A stretch of DNA of 63,910 bases, the filler included, from Octopus bimaculoides (Eukaryota): assembly GCF_001194135.2 (NCBI RefSeq). It is 6 parts of 5 records of this genome, joined end to end, with 100 filler letters (N's around TTAATTAATTAA, not from the genome) between each part and the next. Parts side by side here need not be neighbours in the genome. Positions count along the whole stretch, not along the records: positions 1 to 21,379 come from NC_068982.1; positions 21,480 to 37,123 come from NC_068985.1; 4 more parts are not named here. One strand, 5' to 3'. A program made the translations under genes and the position numbers. The notes under the pieces are model-generated. The model did no database searches. It had not been told where the DNA came from and saw nothing but the letters and a program-made list of their open reading frames with translations. Positions 11,880-23,205 of the stretch are shown in pieces (positions within the stretch are counted from its first letter, which is position 1; every line of letters begins with the position of its first letter).

Positions 11880-12320
11880 TTAAAATATTTTTTCCTAATC
11901 TAGGCACAAGGCCTGAAATTTTGGGGGAGGAGGCCAGTTGATTAGATTGACCCCAGTGCACAACTGGCACTTAATTTATCAACCCCGAGAGGATGAAAGG
12001 CAAAGTCGACCTCAGCGGAATTTGAACTCAGAACGTAAAGACAGATGAAACACTGCTAAGCATTTTGCCTGGCGTGCTAACGTTTCTTATTTCTTTATTG
12101 CCCACAAGGGGATAAACATAGAGGGGACAAACAAGGACAGACAAAGGGATTAAGTAGATTACATCGAACCAGTGCATAACTGGTACTTAATTTATTGACC
12201 CCGAAAGGATGAAAGGCAAAGTTGACCTCGGCAGTATTTGAATTCAGAACGTAACAGCAGACGAAATACCGATACGCATTTTACCCAGCGTGCTAACGTT
12301 TCTACCAGCTCACCACTTTC
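11880..12320 (-). mobile_element. Two tandem SINE family A copies with different 3' tails
   Basis: ggatgaaaggcaaagt(c/t)gacctc occurs twice, about 220 bp apart. Confidence 0.8.
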
Positions 12321-12340
12321 AAGAGATCAAAATATTCTAC

Positions 12341-13637
12341 ACAAGGCTGGTCCTTGTAAATTACAGGTACAACTTACTTCTGCCAGCTGAGTGAACTGGA
12401 GGAGTACTGTGTAACGGTGCACCACTGGTTTTTGAACTCATGGTTGTAAGCTGAATATCCTAACCTCTAAGCCACGTGCCAGCAGATACCAGCTGACAAT
12501 TGCATAATCTCCTTTTGTTACACAAACATACACAGATGACAACATGTTCACATGCACAGATGACAACATGTGCACATACACACTCAAACACAGTCACATA
12601 TTGTTATGTCACACACACACATACGCACAGATAGCAGCAGACAATAATAGTCTTATACTGTTACACAAACGTGCACATATAACAACTCACACATACACAC
12701 ACACACACACACAGATACCAGCAGACAATCGGTGTCATATTTTTCGTTTATTTGTTATTTAATGAAATACTAAAATCTTTGTAGGACTAGTTGAGGGGGG
12801 TGGGGTATAGTGACTGTAGCAGGCTGGCGTACTGATAGACTGCTACGTCAGTCTTACCAAGCCAATTTTGTTAATGTAGACAAGGTTGGTCCTTGTGAAA
12901 TACAAGTTCAACACACTTTTGCCAGCTGAATGAATAGACTGGAGGAGTACCGTGTAACAGTGTGCTGCTGGTTTTCGAACTCATGATTGTGAACCAAATG
13001 AATACCCTAACCTCTAAGCTACGTGCCAGCAGATACCAGCTGACAGTTGCATAATCTCCTAGTGTACACAAACATACTCAGATAATGACGTATGCATATA
13101 CACACTCAAACACAGTCACATATTGTTACGTGCACATATGCAGTTTATTCGTTTTATATCTACACACATGTATACATATATAATCACACACACATATGCA
13201 CAGATATCAGCAGGCAATTATAGCCTTATAACATACACAGATAACAGCTCACACACACAGATATCAGCAGATATTAGCAGATATTCCACATGCAGTCTGT
13301 ATGTTAAACATACAGATCCAACATACACATTCAGTTATTGTTTCACACAACACAGACACACACACACAGTCTCATACAGGTACATGCACGCACACACACA
13401 AACTGTCTCATACAGTTATGCATGCACACACACAAACATACAGTATCATACAGTTATGCACACACTCAACCACACACAGTCTCATGCAGTTACACACACA
13501 GAGATATCAGCATCATATTTTTCATTTATCTATTGGAACACTGAAATCTTTGTAGGGCCAGTCGAGGGAGGAGGAGAGTGTAGTGACTGTAGCAGACTGA
13601 CATGTCAGTCTTACCAAACCAATTTTACTAATATAGA
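12341..13637. repeat. Diverged local tandem duplication (units 12341-12879 and 12880-13637)
   Basis: Both units carry the same SINE fragment, gtgccagcagataccagctgaca, cacactcaaacacagtcacatattgtta and aaatctttgtagg...gtcagtcttaccaa in the same order. Confidence 0.8.
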
Positions 13638-13789
13638 TTAGCTCACGGCAACAATTTTGTAGCAAGACAGTTAATTTAATTAAACCCTCATAAATAACTG
13701 GCACTTATTTTATCAACTCTGAAGGGATTAAAAGTAAAGTTTACTCTTGCAGGATTGGAACACTGACCCTTCAACTTATTTTTATTTAA

Positions 13790-14865
13790 ATGCTTTGTGA
13801 CCAAAAAGCTCACTTTGTGGCCATGTGATTTTAGGTTTGGCCCCACTGCACAGCACCTTGTGCAAGTGTCTTCTGCTATATAGTTTTGGGCCAACAAATG
13901 TCTTGTGAAAGGATTTGGTCAACAGAAAATTGAATGGAAGCCCATTATATATATATTGTCAATGTGAATACCCGTCAGAGTGTAAGTATCTTGAGAGAAA
14001 AGCTGAACATTAGAAGCATCAGTTGTGGTGTGCAAGAGAGACGATTGCGCTGGTATGGACATGTGGTGAGAATGGATGAGGATAGCTGCGTGAAAAAGTG
14101 CCACACCCTAACAGTTGAGGGAACCCGTGGAAGAGGTAGGCCCAGGAAGACCTGGGCTGAGGTGGTGAGGCAAGACCTTCGTACATTGGGCCTCACCGAG
14201 GCGATGACTACTGACCGAGACCTTTCGAAATGTGCTGTGCGTGAAAAGACNNNNNNNNNNNNNNNNNNNNNNNNNNNNNNNNNNNNNNNNNNNNNNNNNN
14301 NNNNNNNNNNNNNNNNNNNNNNNNNNNNNNNNNNNNNNNNNNNNNNNNNNNNNNNNNNNNNNNNNNNNNNNNNNNNNNNNNNNNNNNNNNNNNNNNNNNN
14401 NNNNNNNNNNNNNNNNNNNNNNNNNNNNGGCACATAAAAGACACCATTTTGAGCGTGGCCGTTGCCAGTATCGCCTGACTGGCCTTCGTGCAGGTGACAC
14501 GTAAATGCACCTACTACACTCTCTGAGTGGTTGGCGTTAGGAAGGGCATCCAGCTGTAGAAACTCTGCCAAATTTAGATTGGAGCCTGGTGTTGCCATCC
14601 GGTTTCACCAGTCCTCAGTCGAGTCGTCCAACCCATGCTAGCATGGAAAGCAGACGTTAAACGATGATGATGATGATATATATAAAACTGTTGTTAGTTT
14701 GTTTATATCCCTGTAACTTAGCAGATAGGCAAGAGAGACCGATAGAATAAGTATTAGATTCCAAAATAATAAATATTGGGGTTGATTTGTTTAACTAAAC
14801 CCTTCAAAGCAGTGATCCAACATAGCCACAGTCCAATAATTGAAATAAGTAAAAGATGAAATAAT
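13790..14865 (+). mobile_element. SINE family B split by an RTE insertion (halves 13790-13957 and 14678-14865)
   Basis: The 5' half ends at the internal TA tract. The 3' half resumes after the RTE (GAT)n tail. Confidence 0.7.
13958..14677 (+). mobile_element. 5'-truncated RTE LINE (C-terminal ORF, 3' UTR, (GAT)n tail)
   Basis: RQSVSILREKLNIRSISCGVQERRLRWYGHVVRMDEDSCVKKCHTLTVEGTRGRGRPRKTW is typical of RTE C-termini. Contains an N gap. Confidence 0.9.
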
Positions 14866-14949
14866 TATAATTCACTCTGTATAACAAAATGAGCTCCTAA
14901 ATTTGTCAGTTTGAGAAGCCCATGAATCTCCCAACCCTCGAATCACTTG

Positions 14950-16255
14950 TATCTTCGACCAATTAAAAATGATACGATTAATAAAGTTTTGAGTCGAGGG
15001 TCTTTCTGGAATGCACCTAAAACCTGACATTGCTGATGCAGAAACACATGTACCAAAGTATGTTATATTGCAAAGTGACAGAAAAGACAGGAGTCATGGT
15101 GGAATTGCAATGTACATCTGTGAAGACTTCATGCCTCAGATCCTTTTGTCACACTCAAATTCAGTGTGTGACTCGCTGAATGTACATATAAGACAACTCG
15201 GTGTAGTTATAAGTACTACTTATCACACAAGCTTATTCGAAGACTGCCTTGCAAAGATAGAAGCCCTTGACAAACTAGAACAACACAGTATATTTCCCAT
15301 GAGAGACTTCAACATGCCCAACATTGGCCTGAGGGCCTTTTTTCTCTAAGGAATGACAAAGACAGGTGGAATCTTTACTCAACCTCACCAACACATTATA
15401 CATGGAGCAAGTAATACCCCAACCAACCAGGGCAAACATTATACTTGATTTCTGCTTCACAAACAATATGGATCTTATCCATAGTATGAGAGTGACACTG
15501 ACACTAGTCTCGGATACAATATAATAGAGTTGACCATGTACAGACCAAAGAAACTCATAGACATGTAGCCTATGACAAGCACCCAAAATCTATCCAATCT
15601 GAACTTCCATAAAGCAGAGTGGAAATCAATTGAGAAAGAGATCATTGAACAGGATTCACCCAAACGTCTGACACTGACATGAAATTCAAAGAATTCATGT
15701 CCATAATGCAAGCCATATGCAACAAGATTGTCCCCGAGAGAAAGACCACTACACATAAGAACAAGATTCCCAGAAAGAGGAAAGTTCTTATGAGACAGCG
15801 TACAAAGATTACAAACTTTTAGCAGTGAAAAATCCTACCTGAAAACAACACTGGTGGAAATTGAGAAAAATCTGAAATGTTATCATGAAAACGAAAGAGC
15901 AGACAAAGAAGCCTAGATTATAAAAACTATAAAATCAAACCCGAAAGCTTTCTTTAAGTACAGCAAAGAAACTGCTTCAATGCAGGGTAGAGCTACTCTC
16001 CCCAAAAGATAGTTCCCTCAAAAGATAGCTGTAGAATTCTTTACCACTACAGATGTAAAAAGTGAAGCAGTAACAATTGATTTCATCATAGAAGAGGATG
16101 TAATACTGGCTATAGATGACATAGATGCAAACTCAGCTGCTGGTTCTGGTGGATTCCCAGCAATCCTTCTTAAATAATGCAAACGAGCCCTTGCAAAACC
16201 ACTGTAGCATCTTTTTCAGAGCTTTCCAGGCAAATTGAAGGAAGGAATAATATTC
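14950..16255 (+). mobile_element. Degenerate CR1/L2-group LINE ORF2 (APE endonuclease to RT start)
   Basis: Motifs DRKDRSHGG, (G)DFNMP, EQVIPKPTRANIILDFCFTNN, KSNPKAFFKY and SAAGSGGFPAILLK, with stops and frameshifts. Confidence 0.8.
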
Positions 16256-16479
16256 TTCTAAAGTCAGCATGCTTTTCCCCCTCTTCCCTCCCCTTCTCAT
16301 TTTCTTTATTCTTAACAACTTTAGACAAATTCCCTACTCCCAAATATTTGACCTCTTCCTTCACTTTTCTCAGTTACTGAGCATAGTATTCCTTCTAACA
16401 TTTTTTATTTGCTTCTTTTCCATTCTTCCAGTTTCACCACTCATTTCAAATATCTTCAGCATCCTAAGAAATCCACATG

Positions 16480-17031
16480 CAACGGATGCCAAATCCGTTT
16501 TTGGCAACGGTTGAATCTGCACTAGGGGTGCCTTTGCTGCCATAGCGCATCCTCTACACTGTTTCACCAATCTCTCATATTGCTTGTCCATATTCAGCCA
16601 ATAAACGTAACTCCTCATGAGGCTCTTCATCCAGACAATCCCCGGATATCCTACATGGAAGTCTTTTAATACTCTGTATTGCAGCGCTTCAGGTATTACC
16701 ACTCTTTGTGCATATAATAATACCTCATCACATACTAAATAGTGCTTTGAACCTGCGTCCTGCTCATTTATATTTTTTGTGTTACATTTTTTTAATCTTG
16801 TTTATGAACCTATCTTTTCCTAATTCCAATTTAATTTGTTCCAGTGTTACTGGCTAATCATGTACTACATTGCACAAAATGTTTTTTGGTTTCATTTCTA
16901 GTTTTAACAATGCAATCACTGTGTCTTCAAAAGGTTCCTTATATTTTGGAATTAACCTAGACAACCCATCTGCATGTCCCATTTTCATTGATGGCAAAAA
17001 CTCCATCTGAAAATCATAGTTCAACAGAGTG
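16480..17031 (-). mobile_element. Gypsy pol remnant, downstream part (RNase H end, integrase zinc-binding domain)
   Basis: TLLNYDFQMEFLPSMKMGHADGLSRLIP and FHVGYPG...MKSLMRSYVYW...CRGC. Confidence 0.9.
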
Positions 17032-19833
17032 GGGGAGACTGGGGTTAGTTGACTACATTTTTTACATTTTCACTGACAGAGCAATACTATTTAATGTATT
17101 CTACTGCATCTTGTATTACACGCATAAATCAACGATAGCAGAAGACTTACAAAGCTAGAGATCTCATCTGCTTATTGTCTGGATTTATATTTTGTGCATT
17201 TTCTAAGACCACTTAAATGTGTCAACTTGCCCCGATACCAGGGCAAGTTGACACATATAATGGGGTATGTTGACACATGAATGCATTTTCTTGGAACATA
17301 CATGTTAATGGACAGAAACACATGATATAAGCTTGTTGGTTTGATCAAGGGCCTTTATTATGGTTTCATTACATATCATCAGAGTCACAATTTGGGCATG
17401 TGAATATTGTCAGACCTGGTGTGCATGCCTCGTGAGGCCAACCTTTACAATCAGAGCATTGAAGCCACACTTCCCTTCCTTTGTTGTTGGAAAAAAGCTC
17501 ACAGTGCACTAAGCAATAGCACTCTTCCTCATCAGAGGTATCACTTTCTTTAATTTGAACTTTTTTCTTAACAGTTGGTCCTTTTCCCTTCGTTGACCTG
17601 CCCTTACTGAGTCCCTTTCCTATCGTTCCTTTATCAATGTTTGTTTTCTTTTTACATTTACTTTTTTCTTTTCTTCTATATGATGACTCTTTTAACTGGC
17701 GAGTCAGTGAGGATTTCAGAACAACGTTTCTTTCTTCCTCTGGTTGATTCTTTCCTAGGGCCTGCTTTGGGTAGTGGACGGATTTAAAATGGTGAAAGAA
17801 AAGACCTGGCGGCTATGTTGCTTGAAGGCCCAGGTGCTGAAAGTGCAGGATCCGATCAGTCAGTGACATAGCTTGGTGCAAAGTCGCTGTCTGTGAAAAT
17901 GTTGTGATTAAAAGGGCATATTCCTGTAGAAGGAAAGCCACTAAGAATGTTTGTTGGAGTTGCAGTCAATGGCCATGCAGTTTTGACAATACACAGAATA
18001 TCATAAATGGTCATGGCAGTGTTTGTGTACTTCTTCAGTGGTCCATAGACCGCTTTGTCCAATGGCTGTAACTTGTGTGTGCAGTGAGGTGGGAAAGAAA
18101 GCATGGTGATGTCATTGTCTGATGCATAAGTCAGCCCCTCGATACTAAAATGGGAATCGTGATTGTCCAGCAAGAGAAGGCACAGCTTTGAATATTTCAC
18201 ATTCCTCACAAAGTGTTGAAGGAATTTCACAAACTGCTCCTCACACATCCAACCAGATGGATTAGCACCTCCATCGCTTCCTGATGGTCCATTGTTCAGG
18301 AAATGTGGCCTAAAGTTCTTCCGGGGAAAAACAAAAAACGGTGGTATGCTTTTTCCAGCGGCATTTACACAGAATGCCAATGTGACCAGAGTTCCCCTCT
18401 CCACACTTGTCATTTTTCCCACTTGCTTTGTTCCTTTTCTGGCAATAATTCTATCGGGGCGCTGCACATATGTTCTGCCAGTTTCATCCATGTTGTCGAT
18501 ATTGAATGGATCAAATTTATACCAAAGCATCACCTCAGCAAGTTGGTTGAAAAACATAGCAACATTTGCCCTGTTGAAACTTGTTGCTTGTGCCAAGCTT
18601 GTTGCCTGTGGACTTCTTATGGATAAATTCTTGTGTCGTTGAAGATATCCAGAGAACCAGTCTTCACCTGCCATTTCTGTCTCATGCCAGGCTGGAGGGA
18701 TATTACATCCATGTGCTTTGGCCATCTGAAAAACCAATTTCCACACATCCTTTCGAGCAAGCCCATAGTAAATTTCTGCGGCAGCCAAAACATAAGCCCC
18801 TAACTGATTCTTGAACTCATCGGTGAGAACTTGCCGTGGCTTTTTGTATCCACTAAGACTGTGATCGTTGTTGTTTGCTTCAGCGGCCTTGGTGCAGTAG
18901 CAAGACAGAGATTTTAAAGGGATGCCAAATGTCCTCAAAGCTTCCCGCAAGGAGATGACACGAGCTCGGACCTGTTGAATAGCCTGTTGGATTACATCCT
19001 GTGGAAGGGTTGCCCGCTCGCTCTTGCGTTTGTAGTGTCGCACCATGACAATTGTAGATCTAGGTCTGTAAAGAGAGAGAGAGGGGGGAAAAAGGCAATT
19101 TAGCTTGTTGCATAATCCAACAGTGAAAGCAAAACGAAGCTCTGAGTGTTTACTTACTCTTTAGTTTCAAGCATGCTTGGTCACGGCATAACTTCTTGCT
19201 TATATATCAGTGGTACAGATTACAAAGCTGAGGCAGTATACAAGCTGTTGACTGAGTAGGTAGTGGTATGAAGATAGAATAGGTTGGTATAGATAAAGAT
19301 AGCTGATCTAAAACTATAGCAAGCAATACATAAATTACTGAATGAATTGATCCAATGTACCAGACAAATAGCAAACACTCTTAGTTAAAATGGGATAGAT
19401 ACAGTCTGTGAATCAATATAAGCAACCTACAACAACTTTATCACAGGCCGGAGCAAGTTGACACACTGTGTCAACTTGCCCCGACCCCATTTCCCTCGTA
19501 AATGTAAACACTGAGAGAAAACCACTAGGGTTTCGCAAGAATCCATTTGTATAGGGTCATGAAAGATATTTTACTAACTCCTTAAGGTTTAATACACATA
19601 ATGCAGTCTTAAACAATATCCAAAATAACTCATTATCAAAAATGTTGAAAAATAACTTACCAAGTGGAAAATTCCAATGTTGTCTGCAGGTAGCAGACAA
19701 ATTCTCACAACGGCGATGAAATCAAATGAGGGGGAAGTTTATACTAACAGCACTACAATGATACCATCAAATCGTCCAAAAGTAGTTTCGCATTTTCTCT
19801 AGAGAAAATGTATCAACTTGCTCCAGACGCCCC
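17032..19833 (-). mobile_element. pogo-superfamily DNA transposon (DD35D), 2802 bp
   Basis: Imperfect ~30-bp TIRs GGGGAGACTGGGGTTAGTTGACTACATTTT and GGGGCGTCTGGAGCAAGTTGATACATTTT (rc). TA at 19834-19835 and degenerate TG at 17030-17031. Interrupts the Gypsy frame. Confidence 0.88.
17369..19046 (-). pseudogene. Transposase: HTH_psq / CENP-B-type HTH / DDE_1 (DD35D) plus C-terminal PHD finger, broken by stops
   Basis: 396-aa open part with MDETG, LLLLDNHDSH and QPLD (35 residues between D2 and D3). Homology continues past TGA 17856 (IRPLPKAGPRK...) to CYCLVHC...WLQCSDCKGWPHEACT...FTCPNC, then TAA 17369-17371. Confidence 0.88.
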
Positions 19834-20480
19834 TAGTCTCCCAGCGCTGTAAGCAGTTTGCTGAGTGCGTGGGGATACCCTTTTCCGAACCAAAAACAGA
19901 TAGTAATAGTCGGTGATCTGCTTGCAGTGTAAACTTCCTCCCATGTAAGAATTTATGGAATTTTTTACTGCAATCTGGCTGTAGTTTATTTCTGCTGGTA
20001 ATAGAACTCTCGATGCATGTGCAATAGCTTTGATTTTACCATCATTAAATTTATGAAATATCACAGCTCCTATACCATATCCACTAGTATTCGATGCCAC
20101 AATTATTTTCAGGTTTGGGTCGAAATGAGTTAAAGATAACTCTGATGTCAACTGCTTTTTTAATTCCTCCAATGCTTTCTGACATTCGTTTGTCCAATCC
20201 CATTTCAAGTCCTTTAGCAACTTGTTCAACAGAGCTCTTAGCTCATATATTTTAGGTATGTACAACTGGTAATAACATACCAACCCTAAAAATGCTTGTA
20301 GTGTTGTTTTGTTAGTGGGAGCAGGCATTTTTTGTTATCATGCCAATCCTTAGGCCTCTGACAAATCCGGCTTGGAAAAAATTTTCCCACCATTGTACTT
20401 AGCAAATATTTTTTCTGGGTTTGGAAGCGGATAATTGTAATTTTTTAAACAATCATTAAGACCAGTTGAGAAATCCACAC
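19834..20480 (-). mobile_element. Gypsy pol remnant, upstream part (RT fragments and RNase H)
   Basis: CVDFSTGLN...YPLP...KIFSKPDLSEA, then a deletion of the RT core, then PAPTNKTTLQAFLGLVCYY, AHASRVLLPAEINYSQI and GIPTHSANCLQRW. Confidence 0.9.
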
Positions 20481-21379
20481 ATATTTTTATTTCGTTGTTC
20501 TTTTTTTTATATATATACAGTAGCAGCCGCCCACTCGGAGTAGTCTACATTTTCAATTACCTCCATGTCTTCCAATCTTTATATATATATATATGTATAT
20601 ATACTAGCAGAGATATATACTTGCCCGTGTTACATGCAATGGAAAAATTAGACTTTTCTGTTATATTTTCTGTAATGAACTGGAATACTTATGATTCGAA
20701 TTTTATCAGAATTGCATATGAGGGTTCTCTCCCTATTTACACACCATAAAAAAATTCTAATCATGACACATGCATCCCATACTACTGATCTTCATGCGCA
20801 GATTCCAAAATTCTATTGGGGGTGGATGTCTTAATGTCAACCAGAGAAGTTGAATCGTTGAGAATCTTTTTGACTTGGGTGTTATATCTATTGTTCAAAT
20901 TTCTTTAAAATAGGAAATATATTGATATTGATAAATAACTCTTTCTAATTTTGGCACAAGGTCAGCAATAATGCTTTATCGCCTCCCAAAGGCGAAGACC
21001 TCAGTAGAATTTGAACTTGAAACCTAAAGCGCCGGAAGAAACATCACTAAACATTTTTCCGACCTCTAAATGTTCCCACCCTTTTTATTAATATATGAGT
21101 ACCCACTTTTCCTGACAATAGAAACAGATAGCCCCAAGTGACATATATGAACTAGGCGTTATATATAGCATGAACTAGACATATATATAGCCCCAAGTGA
21201 CATATATCGATCTAAATATATCGAGGTCAGTGATTACAGTAAGGATGTGCCGAAAGACTGTCAAATTTATAATTCTAGACGAAAATAAAAACACTAATAA
21301 AACAGAACTTAATTTTCAAAACAGTCCTTAACGAGTAGTTAAACAATTGGTGGAGATGGAGTATATGTAATCTGGGTAT

Positions 21380-21479
21380 NNNNNNNNNNNNNNNNNNNNN
21401 NNNNNNNNNNNNNNNNNNNNNNNTTAATTAATTAANNNNNNNNNNNNNNNNNNNNNNNNNNNNNNNNNNNNNNNNNNNN
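21380..21479. other. Artificial 100-bp scaffold spacer N44-TTAATTAATTAA-N44 (also 37124-37223, 56303-56402, 58617-58716, 60768-60867)
   Basis: Identical 44+12+44 structure five times. The 12-mer gives stops in all six frames. Confidence 0.97.
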
Positions 21480-21525
<46 letters not shown>

Positions 21526-21526
21526 G

Positions 21527-21583
<57 letters not shown>

Positions 21584-21716
21584 GTAGGTAGGTATGTATG
21601 TATACATATACACATATGTGTATGCATGTATAAATATACACGTATGTGTATGTATAAATATACACATATGTATATGTATGTGTGTGTATATATATACATA
21701 CATACATACATACATG

Positions 21717-21748
<32 letters not shown>

Positions 21749-22504
21749 GTTCAAATTTAAAGAAGACAAAGGACAAAGATAGCTGAGGGAACATCAAGCA
21801 GGAGTATTAGTTTAACGCTCGAGAGGAATGGAAAACACGCGCGCGCGCATACATACATACATACATACATACATATAAATGTACATATTGATACACATAC
21901 GCACATATATAAGATGTGTGTGCATGTATGTATGTATGTATGTATGTATAATCTAATTATTTTTCCTGTTGATTTCATGCAAATTATAATTACTCTCCAA
22001 TGAATTCAATATTCTTCTGCCAATACATCTATTGTCTTGTGTACTTACTAGGTGATATTTTTGCATCATTATTTCAGCACGTACGTTGAATGCTATAGTT
22101 AGCTAATGAGAAAAGCTTAAATCAAAACACAGTAGAAGTTGTCTCCCGTATTTATCAGTTTCTTTCAATGGCGCATGCAAAACATAAGTTCATAATTTTT
22201 TTTTTTTTTTTTACTATAGGCACAAGCCCTGAAATTTTGCGGGATTGCCATAACCTTAAATTGATACAAGCATTTTGAGTTAAATTGACAGAAAGAGTGC
22301 AGATGAGTTCTGTATCTGAATTTGAATGGAACATTTAATCTACTGCATTATCTAAGACCACTGCCGATATTTGTCCAACTGTGCCACGTGAAATCTGAAG
22401 TAATCTGACATAATACGCCCTATCTATCTATCTACCTATCTATCTATCTGTCTATTTATCTATCTATCCATCTATCATCTATCTATTTATCTGCCTTTTT
22501 ATCC

Positions 22505-22544
<40 letters not shown>

Positions 22545-22699
22545 CTGTGTATGTAAGTTTCTTTACCTGCCTCCTTATCTGTCTTTTTATCTATCAGTCT
22601 ATCCACCTATCTATATAGTAGCATTTGGTAAATTTTCCAATTTGGGCTCCGCTGTGACATCATTTGTTCATTTAGGTGAAGAAATCAATATCTGAAGTG

Positions 22700-23205
22700 G
22701 CAGATAATTAAGACGAAGTTCCGAATCACTGAAATATGTCTATTCGGCTCATTGGTTTACTGTTCCGAGACACAGCATTTTTATTCAAGTCGAGCGAAGA
22801 AGTCAACAGTGATAGGCGCAAAAAATTGCATCTAGATTATCGGGAGTGATAAATAGCTCAATAGCTCAATGGCTCAATAGCTCAATGGCTCAATAGCTCA
22901 ATAGAGCAATGATATCTTCCCTGATGAATCATTATTCACCATTTTCCCATTTCGGGCCAAGTTTATGTCTGGAAACAGCCCAAACCTAAATGCTTGTCCC
23001 CTACAATGACCTATTGAAGTGGATCTGTGATAGTCTGTGCAGTCAAATCATTGAATTCTTTAGGCCCTTCAATCATTCTAAATGGCAAAGTTAATACCAA
23101 GTATGGTGGTTGATCATGTCCATCCTATGGGATACAGATTGTGCTCTGATGGTAGAGCAATCTTCCAGGACGATAATGCGTTGATTCACACGGTTAATGT
23201 TATAA
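22700..23205 (+). mobile_element. Tc1-type transposase fragment
   Basis: PDES, GSV.V and DHVHPM...AIFQDDNALIHT motifs. No TIRs found. Confidence 0.75.

Noticed and set aside
13123-13641. 172-aa His/Thr-rich ORF
   Set aside because: Lies in the CA-rich core of the tandem duplication; low complexity, no domain.
21424-21435. Recurring palindrome TTAATTAATTAA (five copies)
   Set aside because: Always centred in exactly 44+44 Ns, so it is an artificial six-frame-stop scaffolding spacer.
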